Shown: positions 12,075 through 20,411 of the stretch, piece after piece
How positions within the stretch are numbered: the stretch's first letter is position 1
How the letters are laid out: each line of letters opens with the position of its first letter
Source: an uncultured Gammaproteobacteria bacterium
GTDB lineage: Bacteria; Patescibacteriota; Patescibacteriia; JAHIZJ01
Length of the DNA: 64,000 nucleotides
Assembly: GCA_964371245.1 (NCBI GenBank)
Contig: CAYJKP010000001.1
Coordinates: 53,128-117,127 of the forward strand
Direction: 5' to 3'
Made by a program: the position numbers and the translations under genes
Notes under the pieces: generated by a model
The model's database searches: none
What the model saw: only the letters and a program-made list of their open reading frames with translations
Told to the model about the DNA's origin: nothing

Positions 12075-12377
12075 ATGCCAAACGGTAAACCGACAATGTC
12101 TCAAGACGACAAGCTCATGGGAGCGCTCTCGTATCTTTGGATATTGAGCGTCGTTATGCTGATTGTTAAGAAAGAAAGTCCCTTTGTAAAATTTCACGCC
12201 ACCCAGGGCCTCATCCTTTTCGTGGTATCAATCATCTTCTGGTTCATTCCGATTGTCGGCTGGATTTTAAACATCGGTGTCGTTATCCTTGTGATCATCG
12301 GTTTCTTAAAGGCGCTGTCCGGCGAGCAGTGGGAAATGCCGGTCATTGGTCTCTTGGCCAAAAAAATCAAACTTTAA
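12075..12377 (+). CDS. small membrane protein, DUF4870-like
   Basis: 100 aa with LSYLWILSVVMLIV...HATQGLILF, resembling the DUF4870 family. Good RBS (AAAGGAGAA). Confidence 0.45.
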   Translation: MPNGKPTMSQDDKLMGALSYLWILSVVMLIVKKESPFVKFHATQGLILFVVSIIFWFIPIVGWILNIGVVILVIIGFLKALSGEQWEMPVIGLLAKKIKL

Positions 12378-12397
12378 TATCATGTGACGACATAAAG

Positions 12398-12432
12398 ACA
12401 GCTCTTCCTGACAACTTCGGGAAGAGCCTCTT
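12398..12432 (+). terminator. hairpin GCTCTTCC...GGAAGAGC downstream of the DUF4870-like gene
   Basis: 8-bp perfect stem. The U-tract is weak (CTCTTTAT). Confidence 0.35.
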
Positions 12433-12464
12433 TATACGCACTTACAAGTTGTTGTTAAAAAAAT

Positions 12465-14870
12465 ATGCCTACAAAAAACAAGAAACTTGTTCTCTGGTTT
12501 AAAGAACTTCGAAAAACCGATGTCGGTTTAGTCGGCGGCAAGAACGCCAGCCTCGGCGAAATGTATCGTTTTCTCGTGCCGAAAGGCGTGATCGTGCCGA
12601 ACGGATTTGCGATTACCGCCTCGGCCTATCAATATTTTCTGAAAGAAGCCGGTATCAAAAAAAAGATCCAGCAGATTCTCAAGGAAACAAAAATTCATAA
12701 TATTACCAGCCTTATGGCCGGCGGCCGGAGAATTCGCGAAACAATTCTCAAGGCCCAGTTTCCGGCCAAGCTTGATGCTCAGATCATTGAGGCGTATCGG
12801 AAGCTCGAAAAAGAATTCGGGAAAAATTGCGACGTCGCGGTTCGGTCGTCAGCCACGGCCGAGGATCTGCCGGATGCCTCTTTTGCCGGTCAGCAGGAGA
12901 CCTATCTCAATATTCGCGGGCCAAAGCAACTCCTCGAGGCGTGTAAAAAGTGTTTTGCCTCGTTGTTTACGAATCGGGCGATCTCCTATCGTGCCGACAA
13001 GCATTTCGACCATTTTAAAATTTCTCTTTCAATCGGCGTACAGAAAATGATCCGATCCGACCTCGCCGCCTCGGGCGTTATGTTTACGCTTGATACCGAG
13101 AGCGGCTTCAAAGATGTCGTGCTCATCAACGGCTCGTACGGTCTCGGCGAAAATATCGTTCAGGGCAAGGTAACGCCGGATGAATTCACGATTTTTAAAC
13201 CAACCCTCGCCCAAGGGTACAAAGCAATCATCTCGCGTCGCCTCGGTCAAAAGTCTCCGAAGATGATTTACAGCAGGAATCCAGCGAAACCAACCGTTGA
13301 TGTGCCGGTGAAACCGGCCGACCAGGAGAAGTTTTGCATCACCGAAGCCGAGGTTTTAAAGCTGGCGAAATGGGGCGTCATTATCGAAAATCATTACCAG
13401 CGGCCGATGGATATTGAGTGGGCCAAGGACGGACAGACCGGCAAACTCTTCATTGTCCAGGCTCGACCTGAAACGGTCCAGTCGCAGCGCGACTATTCAA
13501 TCCTCGAAGACTATACACTGGCCAGTCGCGGTAAGATACTCGCTACCGGCTCGCCGGTCGGCTCAAAGATCGGCGCTGGTATCGCGAACGTGATCAACAA
13601 CGTCAAGGATATCGGCAAGTTTAAGAAGGGCGAAGTCCTGGTCACGGACATGACCGACCCTGACTGGGAGCCAATTATGAAGATCGCCTCAGCGATCGTC
13701 ACCAACCGGGGCGGCCGCACCTGCCACGCCGCAATTGTTTCGCGCGAACTCGGCATTCCCTGCCTCGTCGGGACGGAAAACGGAAGCAAAAAGATCCGAA
13801 CCGGCCGCAAAGTTACCGTCTCCTGCGCCGAGGGCGAGAACGGTTATGTTTATGATGGCCTCCTGAAGTTTACGGTCCATCGGACGAGTATAAAAAACCT
13901 CAAACGGCCGAAAACCAAGATGATGATGAATCTGGGCGATCCGGATCAAGCCTTCGCCTACAGCTTTATACCAAACGATGGCGTCGGGCTGGCACGCGAG
14001 GAGTTCATCATCAATTCATACATCAAGGTTCACCCCGGCGCGTTGATAAATTTCGCCAAGCTCAAGGACGCCAAGGCAAAAAAGACCATCACCGAGCTGA
14101 CCAAGGGCTATCCGAACAAGAAACAATATTTCATTGATCAGCTGGCGTCCGGGATCGCGACGATCGCCGCCGCGTTTTACCCGAAGGACGTCATTGTCCG
14201 ATTATCCGACTTTAAGACGAATGAATATGCTGGTCTGATCGGTGGCCGGCAGTTTGAGCCAGTGGAGGATAATCCGATGATCGGCTGGCGCGGCGCTTCC
14301 CGATATTACGACCCGAAATTCGCCCAGTCGTTCGGTCTTGAGTGTCTGGCCTTGAAGAAAGTCCGCAACCAAATGGGCTTGAAGAACGTCAAAGTCATGG
14401 TGCCATTTTGCCGGACAGTTGAAGAAGGCAAGAAGGTGCTGGCCGAGATGGCCAAATATGATTTGATCCGCGGGAAGGACGGTCTAGAGGTGTATGTGAT
14501 GTGCGAAATCCCCTCGAACGTCATCCTGGCTGATGAATTTTCAAAGATCTATGACGGTTTTTCGATCGGCTCAAACGACCTCACCCAACTGACGCTCGGT
14601 CTCGACCGCGACTCGCAGCTGGTCAGCCATATCTACGACGAGCGGAACGAAGCTGTGAAGACGCTGATTGCCGAAGTGATTCGAAAGGCTAAGAAGAACA
14701 AACGGAAAATCGGTATCTGCGGTCAAGCGCCATCTGATTACCCAGAATTCGCCCGCTTCCTGGTGCGCGAAGGCATCGACAGCCTGTCACTCAACCCGGA
14801 CACGGTCATCCGAACAACGCTTGATATCCTTAAACAAGAAAAAGGTCTGAAGGGCAAGCGTTCGCGATAA
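12465..14870 (+). CDS. ppsA: phosphoenolpyruvate synthase (pyruvate, water dikinase)
   Basis: 801 aa. N-terminal ATP-grasp domain, central phospho-histidine mobile domain (GGRTCHAAIVSRELGIPCLVG) and C-terminal PEP-utilising TIM barrel. Confidence 0.9.
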   Translation: MPTKNKKLVLWFKELRKTDVGLVGGKNASLGEMYRFLVPKGVIVPNGFAITASAYQYFLKEAGIKKKIQQILKETKIHNITSLMAGGRRIRETILKAQFPAKLDAQIIEAYRKLEKEFGKNCDVAVRSSATAEDLPDASFAGQQETYLNIRGPKQLLEACKKCFASLFTNRAISYRADKHFDHFKISLSIGVQKMIRSDLAASGVMFTLDTESGFKDVVLINGSYGLGENIVQGKVTPDEFTIFKPTLAQGYKAIISRRLGQKSPKMIYSRNPAKPTVDVPVKPADQEKFCITEAEVLKLAKWGVIIENHYQRPMDIEWAKDGQTGKLFIVQARPETVQSQRDYSILEDYTLASRGKILATGSPVGSKIGAGIANVINNVKDIGKFKKGEVLVTDMTDPDWEPIMKIASAIVTNRGGRTCHAAIVSRELGIPCLVGTENGSKKIRTGRKVTVSCAEGENGYVYDGLLKFTVHRTSIKNLKRPKTKMMMNLGDPDQAFAYSFIPNDGVGLAREEFIINSYIKVHPGALINFAKLKDAKAKKTITELTKGYPNKKQYFIDQLASGIATIAAAFYPKDVIVRLSDFKTNEYAGLIGGRQFEPVEDNPMIGWRGASRYYDPKFAQSFGLECLALKKVRNQMGLKNVKVMVPFCRTVEEGKKVLAEMAKYDLIRGKDGLEVYVMCEIPSNVILADEFSKIYDGFSIGSNDLTQLTLGLDRDSQLVSHIYDERNEAVKTLIAEVIRKAKKNKRKIGICGQAPSDYPEFARFLVREGIDSLSLNPDTVIRTTLDILKQEKGLKGKRSR

Positions 14871-14899
14871 ACACGCCGTCGATATTGACAAATAGAGAA

Positions 14900-14933
14900 A
14901 AGAGGGCTATATTCGGTATCAGCCCTCTTTTCG
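14900..14933 (+). terminator. rho-independent terminator after ppsA
   Basis: AGAGGGCT...AGCCCTCT 8-bp stem followed by TTTTCG. Confidence 0.6.
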
Positions 14934-15125
14934 CATTCTCCGCTCGGGTACGACGACGCGCTCGAGTGGGGCAGGCTTGGTAGTCAGCAACAACACGGCT
15001 CACAACAACCGGAAAGGAGGTCTACATGACAACATGGCAAAAGATGCCATACTAGATGCGATCGATCCAGGTAGCAGTATCGTACCGTCGATATCGTGTC
15101 TAAGCCAGCAAGGGGGATGTTGAAC

Positions 15126-15473
15126 ATGAAGCGTCGGGTTGCCACGCGCGCTGCTACGGTTCCTCGGAACGTATTGGTGCGCCGAGTCGTCATGCCTGTG
15201 TTCGACCGCGGCCTCGGAAACGTTCTGCCGTTTGTTCACGGCGGGCCAATCCACGGATGCATCTGCCATCGGACGCGTTCCAATGCGATCATTCTGGAGA
15301 CGTCCGATAACCCGGTCAGGGTCAACGGCGAGATCGTCCAGCCGCACATGCGCAGCCGGGTCCCTTCTGGGGCCAGTGTCGTCATCGGTGGCAGGCATGG
15401 TGAGCTTAGGCTCGAACTCGTTGAGATCAGCGAGCCCGATCGCCCAATGAAGCAGACCGCGCAAGCGGTCTAG
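15126..15473 (+). CDS. small FHA-domain-like protein in a GC-rich patch
   Basis: RBS (AAGGGGGA) 9 nt upstream of the ATG. SNAIILETSDNPVRVNGEIV...SGASVVIGG resembles the FHA core (HAxI...LxDLxSxNGTxVNG...GDxIxIG). Confidence 0.4.
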   Translation: MKRRVATRAATVPRNVLVRRVVMPVFDRGLGNVLPFVHGGPIHGCICHRTRSNAIILETSDNPVRVNGEIVQPHMRSRVPSGASVVIGGRHGELRLELVEISEPDRPMKQTAQAV

Positions 15474-15612
15474 ATCGTACGCGCCTTCCGTTCGCGGAAG
15501 AATTGCGCCAGCCCCAGACGAGAAATCAATCTCGACCGGGGCGTTTTATTTTAATGAAAATGACGATTAGAAGGGGCATTGACAAGCTATTTTCTTCAGG
15601 GTAACCTCCAAA

Positions 15613-15972
15613 ATGACCGGCTACAAAGGCATTGTTTGTGAAGGCAGAGACGCGATTGGCAGCACAACCACGGGAGGTTCTTCTATGGGCGGTGGTCACA
15701 GGTCGAAGCAGAAGCACAGCGGAAACGGTAAGTCGGGCACCGACGGCTCTTTGGTTATCAAGCTCTGCACGGGCGTGTGCATCGATCCCCGGCGCGGTAA
15801 CGCGCCAGGCAACATCAGGGTCCATCCGACCGGCGATGGTCTCAGGCTGAATAATCACGGTGGCACAGTCATCGCCGCTGGCCGGCAGCTCCAGGCGTAC
15901 GAGGCGGTGGATCTCAAGCCCGGCGATCGCGTCTCGATCAACGGCACCAACGGCCGGGTTGTGCGCGAATAG
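15613..15972 (+). CDS. Gly-rich hypothetical protein in a GC-rich patch
   Basis: 119-aa ORF with G/C-biased codons and a TTGACA-like -35 upstream. No family assignment. Confidence 0.35.
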   Translation: MTGYKGIVCEGRDAIGSTTTGGSSMGGGHRSKQKHSGNGKSGTDGSLVIKLCTGVCIDPRRGNAPGNIRVHPTGDGLRLNNHGGTVIAAGRQLQAYEAVDLKPGDRVSINGTNGRVVRE

Positions 15973-16067
15973 CACTCCCGTCAAGTTCAATGGTAATTCT
16001 CTCCCTCCGGCGTGCCGGCGGGAGTCTTTATTTCCTAGCCAATTTCAGTTATAGTAAGGGCAGTTTT

Positions 16068-16157
16068 GGAGAGGTCGCATAGTGGTCGAGTGCGCTTGCT
16101 TGGAAAGCAAGTAAGGGTGAAAGCCCTTCGAGGGTTCGAATCCCTCCCTCTCCGCCA
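16068..16157 (+). tRNA. tRNA-Ser (anticodon GGA), type II, CCA encoded
   Basis: Cloverleaf deduced by hand: acceptor GGAGAGG/CCTCTCC, anticodon stem CTTGC/GCAAG, loop TTGGAAA, long variable arm, T-loop TTCGAAT, discriminator G plus CCA. Confidence 0.9.
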
Positions 16158-16356
16158 ACGCTGGAGCGAAGCGGAAGCGAATCTGAAATATTAACAGGGA
16201 TTCGAAGGGCAGAAGCGACCCAGCACCGAAGCGAAGTGCCTAGTGCTGGGGAGCGCCGATCGCTCCGAGCTAGCGTAGGAGCGAGCGCTGCCCCGGACAT
16301 AAATCCCTCCCTCCTAGCAAGCTTAGTGAATAATTACGTAACCACGGAGTAAAAAA

Positions 16357-16842
16357 ATGACCGATCAAACAATCAAATCAACCGGCTGTTGCGAGCCGTT
16401 TAACCCCGAACCGTGGCAGGACAAAGAAATTGCCTGGCAGGATAAAATGTTTGTGAAAGACCGCATCACCAGCATTTTTCATATTCCGGTCAACATGGGA
16501 AAAAAGGTAGTCAAGAATATGGCGCTAATTGAAAAGGCAACAGCTAAGGCGCCCCAGCAATTAATGCTGACTGATGAAAAATCGATGTGGGGATCGGACA
16601 TCTATATTGATGTTTCAAAGGAAGTCCCGGGCGCGCAGATGGCCGCGCTGTCAGGCACGTTCCTCACGAAAGTTTTTGAGGGGCCGTATCAAAGAGCCGG
16701 CCAGTGGGCGAAAGAAATGGAAGCGTATGTGGCAAACAAAGGAAGGAAGATAAAAAAACTATATTTTTCTTACACCACGTGTCCAAAGTGCGCCAAGGCC
16801 TACGGAAAAAATTACGTGGTGCTTTTTGCGCAAATAAATTAA
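16357..16842 (+). CDS. hypothetical protein with N-terminal CC and C-terminal CPKC motifs
   Basis: 161-aa ORF with good coding bias. No family recognised. Confidence 0.5.
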   Translation: MTDQTIKSTGCCEPFNPEPWQDKEIAWQDKMFVKDRITSIFHIPVNMGKKVVKNMALIEKATAKAPQQLMLTDEKSMWGSDIYIDVSKEVPGAQMAALSGTFLTKVFEGPYQRAGQWAKEMEAYVANKGRKIKKLYFSYTTCPKCAKAYGKNYVVLFAQIN

Positions 16843-16915
16843 AAGTAATTTACCGCTACCTCGTAGTCGGGACATAAAAACCAAAATGGTATAAAAATTT
16901 ATCGGGCCAATCATT

Positions 16916-17317
16916 ATGAACAAAAAAACAGCCCCAAGAGTAATCGGCTACGGTCTATTGCTCTTTATTATTACCATGGTGCTGCTCTTCGTGATGTCGG
17001 TGATTACCGAGTCGGATCAGCCGTTAGACAAATGGTGGGTGAGCGCGGTCATGGCGATTATCATGATGGCTGTTTCGCTCTGGTTTTCTAGAACGCTCCG
17101 GCCAGGCAGTGCCAGCCAGGCGTTTTTATTCGGCGGTGTTTGGGCAATCATGATCGCCGGGCTTCTCCTCGCCATTGCCATCCCGAACGGCACGACCAAT
17201 ATCGTCTTTGGCCAATGGCCGACGTATCTAGTATTTATTGGTGTGGCCGTAGGACCGGTGTTACTGAAACCAAAAGCGACTCCGCCGGTTGTCGGTGAGA
17301 CTCAAAACAAGGTTTAA
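16916..17317 (+). CDS. small polytopic membrane protein, tandem paralog A
   Basis: 133 aa. Shares the IPNG...FGQW..YLVF.G.A.GPVL.KP architecture with the next gene. Confidence 0.6.
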   Translation: MNKKTAPRVIGYGLLLFIITMVLLFVMSVITESDQPLDKWWVSAVMAIIMMAVSLWFSRTLRPGSASQAFLFGGVWAIMIAGLLLAIAIPNGTTNIVFGQWPTYLVFIGVAVGPVLLKPKATPPVVGETQNKV

Positions 17318-17333
17318 TAACTAAGCCAAAAAA

Positions 17334-17741
17334 ATGAAAACCGCTTTTAAAATCGTTGGCTTCGGTTTGCTTTTATGGGTTGTTATTGTCCTCGTGCAAT
17401 TGATCATCTCTGCCATCACCTCATCCTATGAAACCCTCGATACGTGGTGGGCGAACGGCATCGTTGCTGTGTTCATGGCATTCTTTGCCGGAGTATTCTC
17501 GCGTCTGCTTCACGCCGCGAACATGAAACAAGCGTGGATCCATGGAATCGGTTTTGCCAGCGTTTTAGTGGGTATCAGCGCCATCCTGATCATTCCAAAC
17601 GGGGCGAACGCCATGTTTGGCCAGTGGAGCATGTATCTGGTTTTCGTCGGGGCGGCGATCGGGCCGGTACTAATGAAGCCTAACAGAACATTAATGGCAG
17701 GCAAAAACAATAATGACTTCAATGCCGGTAAAAAACAGTAA
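17334..17741 (+). CDS. small polytopic membrane protein, tandem paralog B
   Basis: 135 aa, clearly homologous to the 16916..17317 product. Confidence 0.6.
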   Translation: MKTAFKIVGFGLLLWVVIVLVQLIISAITSSYETLDTWWANGIVAVFMAFFAGVFSRLLHAANMKQAWIHGIGFASVLVGISAILIIPNGANAMFGQWSMYLVFVGAAIGPVLMKPNRTLMAGKNNNDFNAGKKQ

Positions 17742-18714
17742 CAAATCATTCCTCAAACGCTTCTGGTGGTTTGCTATCTTGATTACGGTTTTTATTTTTG
17801 GCGCTGCCTGCACACGGACAAAAACCGGCGATCAACTGGAAAACCAAAACCAGAATTCGACGCCGAGTTCAGTTTCGCCGAGCGGTAATACCTGGCAGGA
17901 TCAGGGCGTGGTAATTCCAGGCCAATTTGCTGACGCGGAAATTGTCGCTCTGGGAAACGGCCGATATCGCCTCTATCATGCCGCTGAACCGGACAGCCCG
18001 GATTTTCAGGGCCAGGTCTACTCGTCAATTTCCTCTGACGGAATGAACTGGGTCAAAGAGGAGGGAATACGGAAAACCCAGGCAGTCTTTTTCGACGTGG
18101 TACAGTTACCTGACGGCCGCTATCGCACTTATTTCCAAAACGCCCAAGCGATAAAAAGCGCAATCTCAGATGATGGACTAACCTGGACTGACGAACCGGG
18201 AATAAGAATTGATAAAAACGAGCCCGGTTATGTCCTGGACAATGTTGGCGCCCAGAGCACCTATCGGCTGCCGGATAACACTTATATTATGGTTTACCGC
18301 GGCATGATTAATCAGCCCTACGAAACTGCTGAAAAAATTCCTAATGCCACCACCCAGATATATTTCTGGGCGGTCTCAGAAGACGGCCTGAACTTCGAAA
18401 AGAAAGGCCTGGCCATTGATTCGAGAAATGAAACTCTTTATGGATTGGCCGACGGCGCCGAATGGGTAAATTGGGATGATGATGAGCTGCGGCTCTATTT
18501 CTGGAGCTATGCCGGGATCTATCACTCCGTTTATGCCAACCACACCTTCTTACGGCCGGTATTTGACTGGACCAATAATAAAGACAGCCGGGTGAAATTC
18601 GCACCTGATCCGCCCTGCGATCCCACGATATTGAAAATCAACAGCCGATGGTACATGTATTACGGCCAGCACTCCCGGGGAATTTATTACGCCACGTACG
18701 GGGGTGAGACATAA
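17713..18714 (+). CDS. secreted BNR/Asp-box repeat (sialidase-fold beta-propeller-like) protein
   Basis: N-terminal hydrophobic anchor and signal. Asp-box-like motifs SSDGMNWV, SDDGLTWT and SEDGLNF. Confidence 0.55.
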   Translation: MTSMPVKNSNKSFLKRFWWFAILITVFIFGAACTRTKTGDQLENQNQNSTPSSVSPSGNTWQDQGVVIPGQFADAEIVALGNGRYRLYHAAEPDSPDFQGQVYSSISSDGMNWVKEEGIRKTQAVFFDVVQLPDGRYRTYFQNAQAIKSAISDDGLTWTDEPGIRIDKNEPGYVLDNVGAQSTYRLPDNTYIMVYRGMINQPYETAEKIPNATTQIYFWAVSEDGLNFEKKGLAIDSRNETLYGLADGAEWVNWDDDELRLYFWSYAGIYHSVYANHTFLRPVFDWTNNKDSRVKFAPDPPCDPTILKINSRWYMYYGQHSRGIYYATYGGET

Positions 18715-18729
18715 TATTTTTGCCAGCTT

Positions 18730-19071
18730 ATGAAGCTCTTCAAAACCACAATTATCTTCCTCTATCTCATTGCGGCTTTTTGGGTAGCGTTCGGCGCGCT
18801 CTGGCTGTTCCGAGAGTCGGATTACCGGTGGTTCTACGCGATCGGGGCGTTTAGCAATGCCATAGTGCTCTCACTTTTGACGTATTTCATGAGCCGCGGC
18901 CGGCGCTGGGCGTATTGGCTGCTGGTTATTCTCTTAGCCGCGAATGTCATCCTGACCATCATGGACCAGGTCGGCTGGTTTGACCTGGCCTATCTCGTGC
19001 CGGCAATCGCGGCGCTGGTTCTTACCATCGGCGCACGGCGGGACATCCTTCATCGAAACGCGCGGATATGA
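18730..19071 (+). CDS. small membrane protein
   Basis: 113 aa with three hydrophobic helices. Confidence 0.45.
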   Translation: MKLFKTTIIFLYLIAAFWVAFGALWLFRESDYRWFYAIGAFSNAIVLSLLTYFMSRGRRWAYWLLVILLAANVILTIMDQVGWFDLAYLVPAIAALVLTIGARRDILHRNARI

Positions 19072-19802
19072 ATGAAGTCGCATACAAAACGTCATTAGCG
19101 GAAATCCGGCGGAGAAAAAAGGCCAGCCTGGTACTGGTCGCGTCCCTCGTTGCCGGATACATCCTGGCCGGGGGCGTCGTCCGGAACATGAGTCCTCGTG
19201 AAGTCTTCGTGAGCGCGCTCGCGATCGGGTGCGTCTTGCTGGCGTTGCGGGCACTGGCACTGATGCCGTTTGCCCGCCTGGCAAAAAGGGTCGTCCAGGC
19301 GACGGACGAATATCTGAAGATGGATTCAACGGTGTATCGGTACGAAGATATGGCGCGTCTGTCGGTGCGGGAGACGAGCCAGGGCACTTTCCGTGATGTT
19401 CGCATCGTGCTGAAGGACCGTCGGAGCGTCGTGGTTGATGCGCTGGACGATTTCCCTGGGTTTCTCAACGGATTGTCAGCTCATGTTGATAAAAAGATCG
19501 TTGCGATATCGCGCGAACCGCTCGATTATGACCACTTTGTATTTTACCCTATTGTCGGGCTGGTAACCGGCGCCCTGGTCACAGGCGTCATTGAGTATGT
19601 TCAAAAACGTGGTGGAAGCGCTGTCACAGTCATCGCGATCATATCGGCTGTCCTTCTCTTTGCGTTAGGCGCATATTTCATCGCCACGCGGCCGCTCTCC
19701 ATGCGCTATGCCGGGAGAACGAGATTGGCTGAAATTCTTTGCGGTGTCATAAGCGTTTGCATTGGTCTGGCTTGGCTTCTCTGGCCCCGGCTTTCTAAAT
19801 AG
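19068..19802 (+). CDS. hypothetical membrane protein
   Basis: 244 aa with N- and C-terminal TM segments. Moderately GC-rich. Confidence 0.5.
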   Translation: MNEVAYKTSLAEIRRRKKASLVLVASLVAGYILAGGVVRNMSPREVFVSALAIGCVLLALRALALMPFARLAKRVVQATDEYLKMDSTVYRYEDMARLSVRETSQGTFRDVRIVLKDRRSVVVDALDDFPGFLNGLSAHVDKKIVAISREPLDYDHFVFYPIVGLVTGALVTGVIEYVQKRGGSAVTVIAIISAVLLFALGAYFIATRPLSMRYAGRTRLAEILCGVISVCIGLAWLLWPRLSK

Positions 19803-19994
19803 GTTTGAGAAAAAAATCTTATGCCGTTGGAGCTGTTGGTCGGCGGCGATGACAAAACCGCCGCGGTCGTTCAGTTTGGATTTTTTTAAATACACGTCGC
19901 CAGGTGCATATAGCCCGAAGAACGGCCATAGGTTTGTCAGCAGAAACAAAAAACCAGCCATCTCCAGCCGGTATTATTATATTTAGGCGATTAA

Positions 19995-20378
19995 TTAGCC
20001 CCTCTCTAATAGATGATTTACCCGTTGGACGAGCTCCGATGGAGTAATCTGGGTTTTAATAACGAAGTCAGCTGCTCCAAATTGCTTGGCCTGTTCCTTC
20101 ATGTTGTTCTTTGCTAAATTGGTCAGGACAATGACCGGAATCTGGCGCGTTGTCGTTCCGCTTTTTAGTTTTTTTAAGACATCTAGACCGCTTTCGCTGA
20201 CGAGAATCAGATCAAGTAGAATGATATCAGGTTTTTCAGTATTAGCTGCGGCTATTCCTTCCGTACCGTTCCGAGCCGAGACTAAACGAAATCCTTCTCG
20301 CTCAAATTTAAAACGATACATCTCGATTTGATCGTGATCGTCCTCAATAAGCACTATTTTAGGCGTTCTTTTCGTCAT
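19995..20378 (-). CDS. single-domain response regulator (CheY-like receiver)
   Basis: 127 aa with IVLIEDD...DIILLDLIL...K receiver-domain motifs. Confidence 0.85.
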   Translation of the reverse strand: MTKRTPKIVLIEDDHDQIEMYRFKFEREGFRLVSARNGTEGIAAANTEKPDIILLDLILVSESGLDVLKKLKSGTTTRQIPVIVLTNLAKNNMKEQAKQFGAADFVIKTQITPSELVQRVNHLLERG

Positions 20379-20411
20379 AGTAATTGGCGTAATGCTCGGC
20401 TTAAGACTTAC

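Noticed and set aside
16049-16300. 83-aa minus-strand ORF overlapping tRNA-Ser and the structured spacer
   Set aside because: Overlaps a tRNA gene; Ala/Ser/Leu-rich low-complexity translation of GC-rich repeats.
16068-19802. Integrative mobile element at tRNA-Ser or tRNA-Asn
   Set aside because: No integrase, recombinase or transposase ORF anywhere in the window. Only short tRNA-end repeats are present, so at most a decayed scar.
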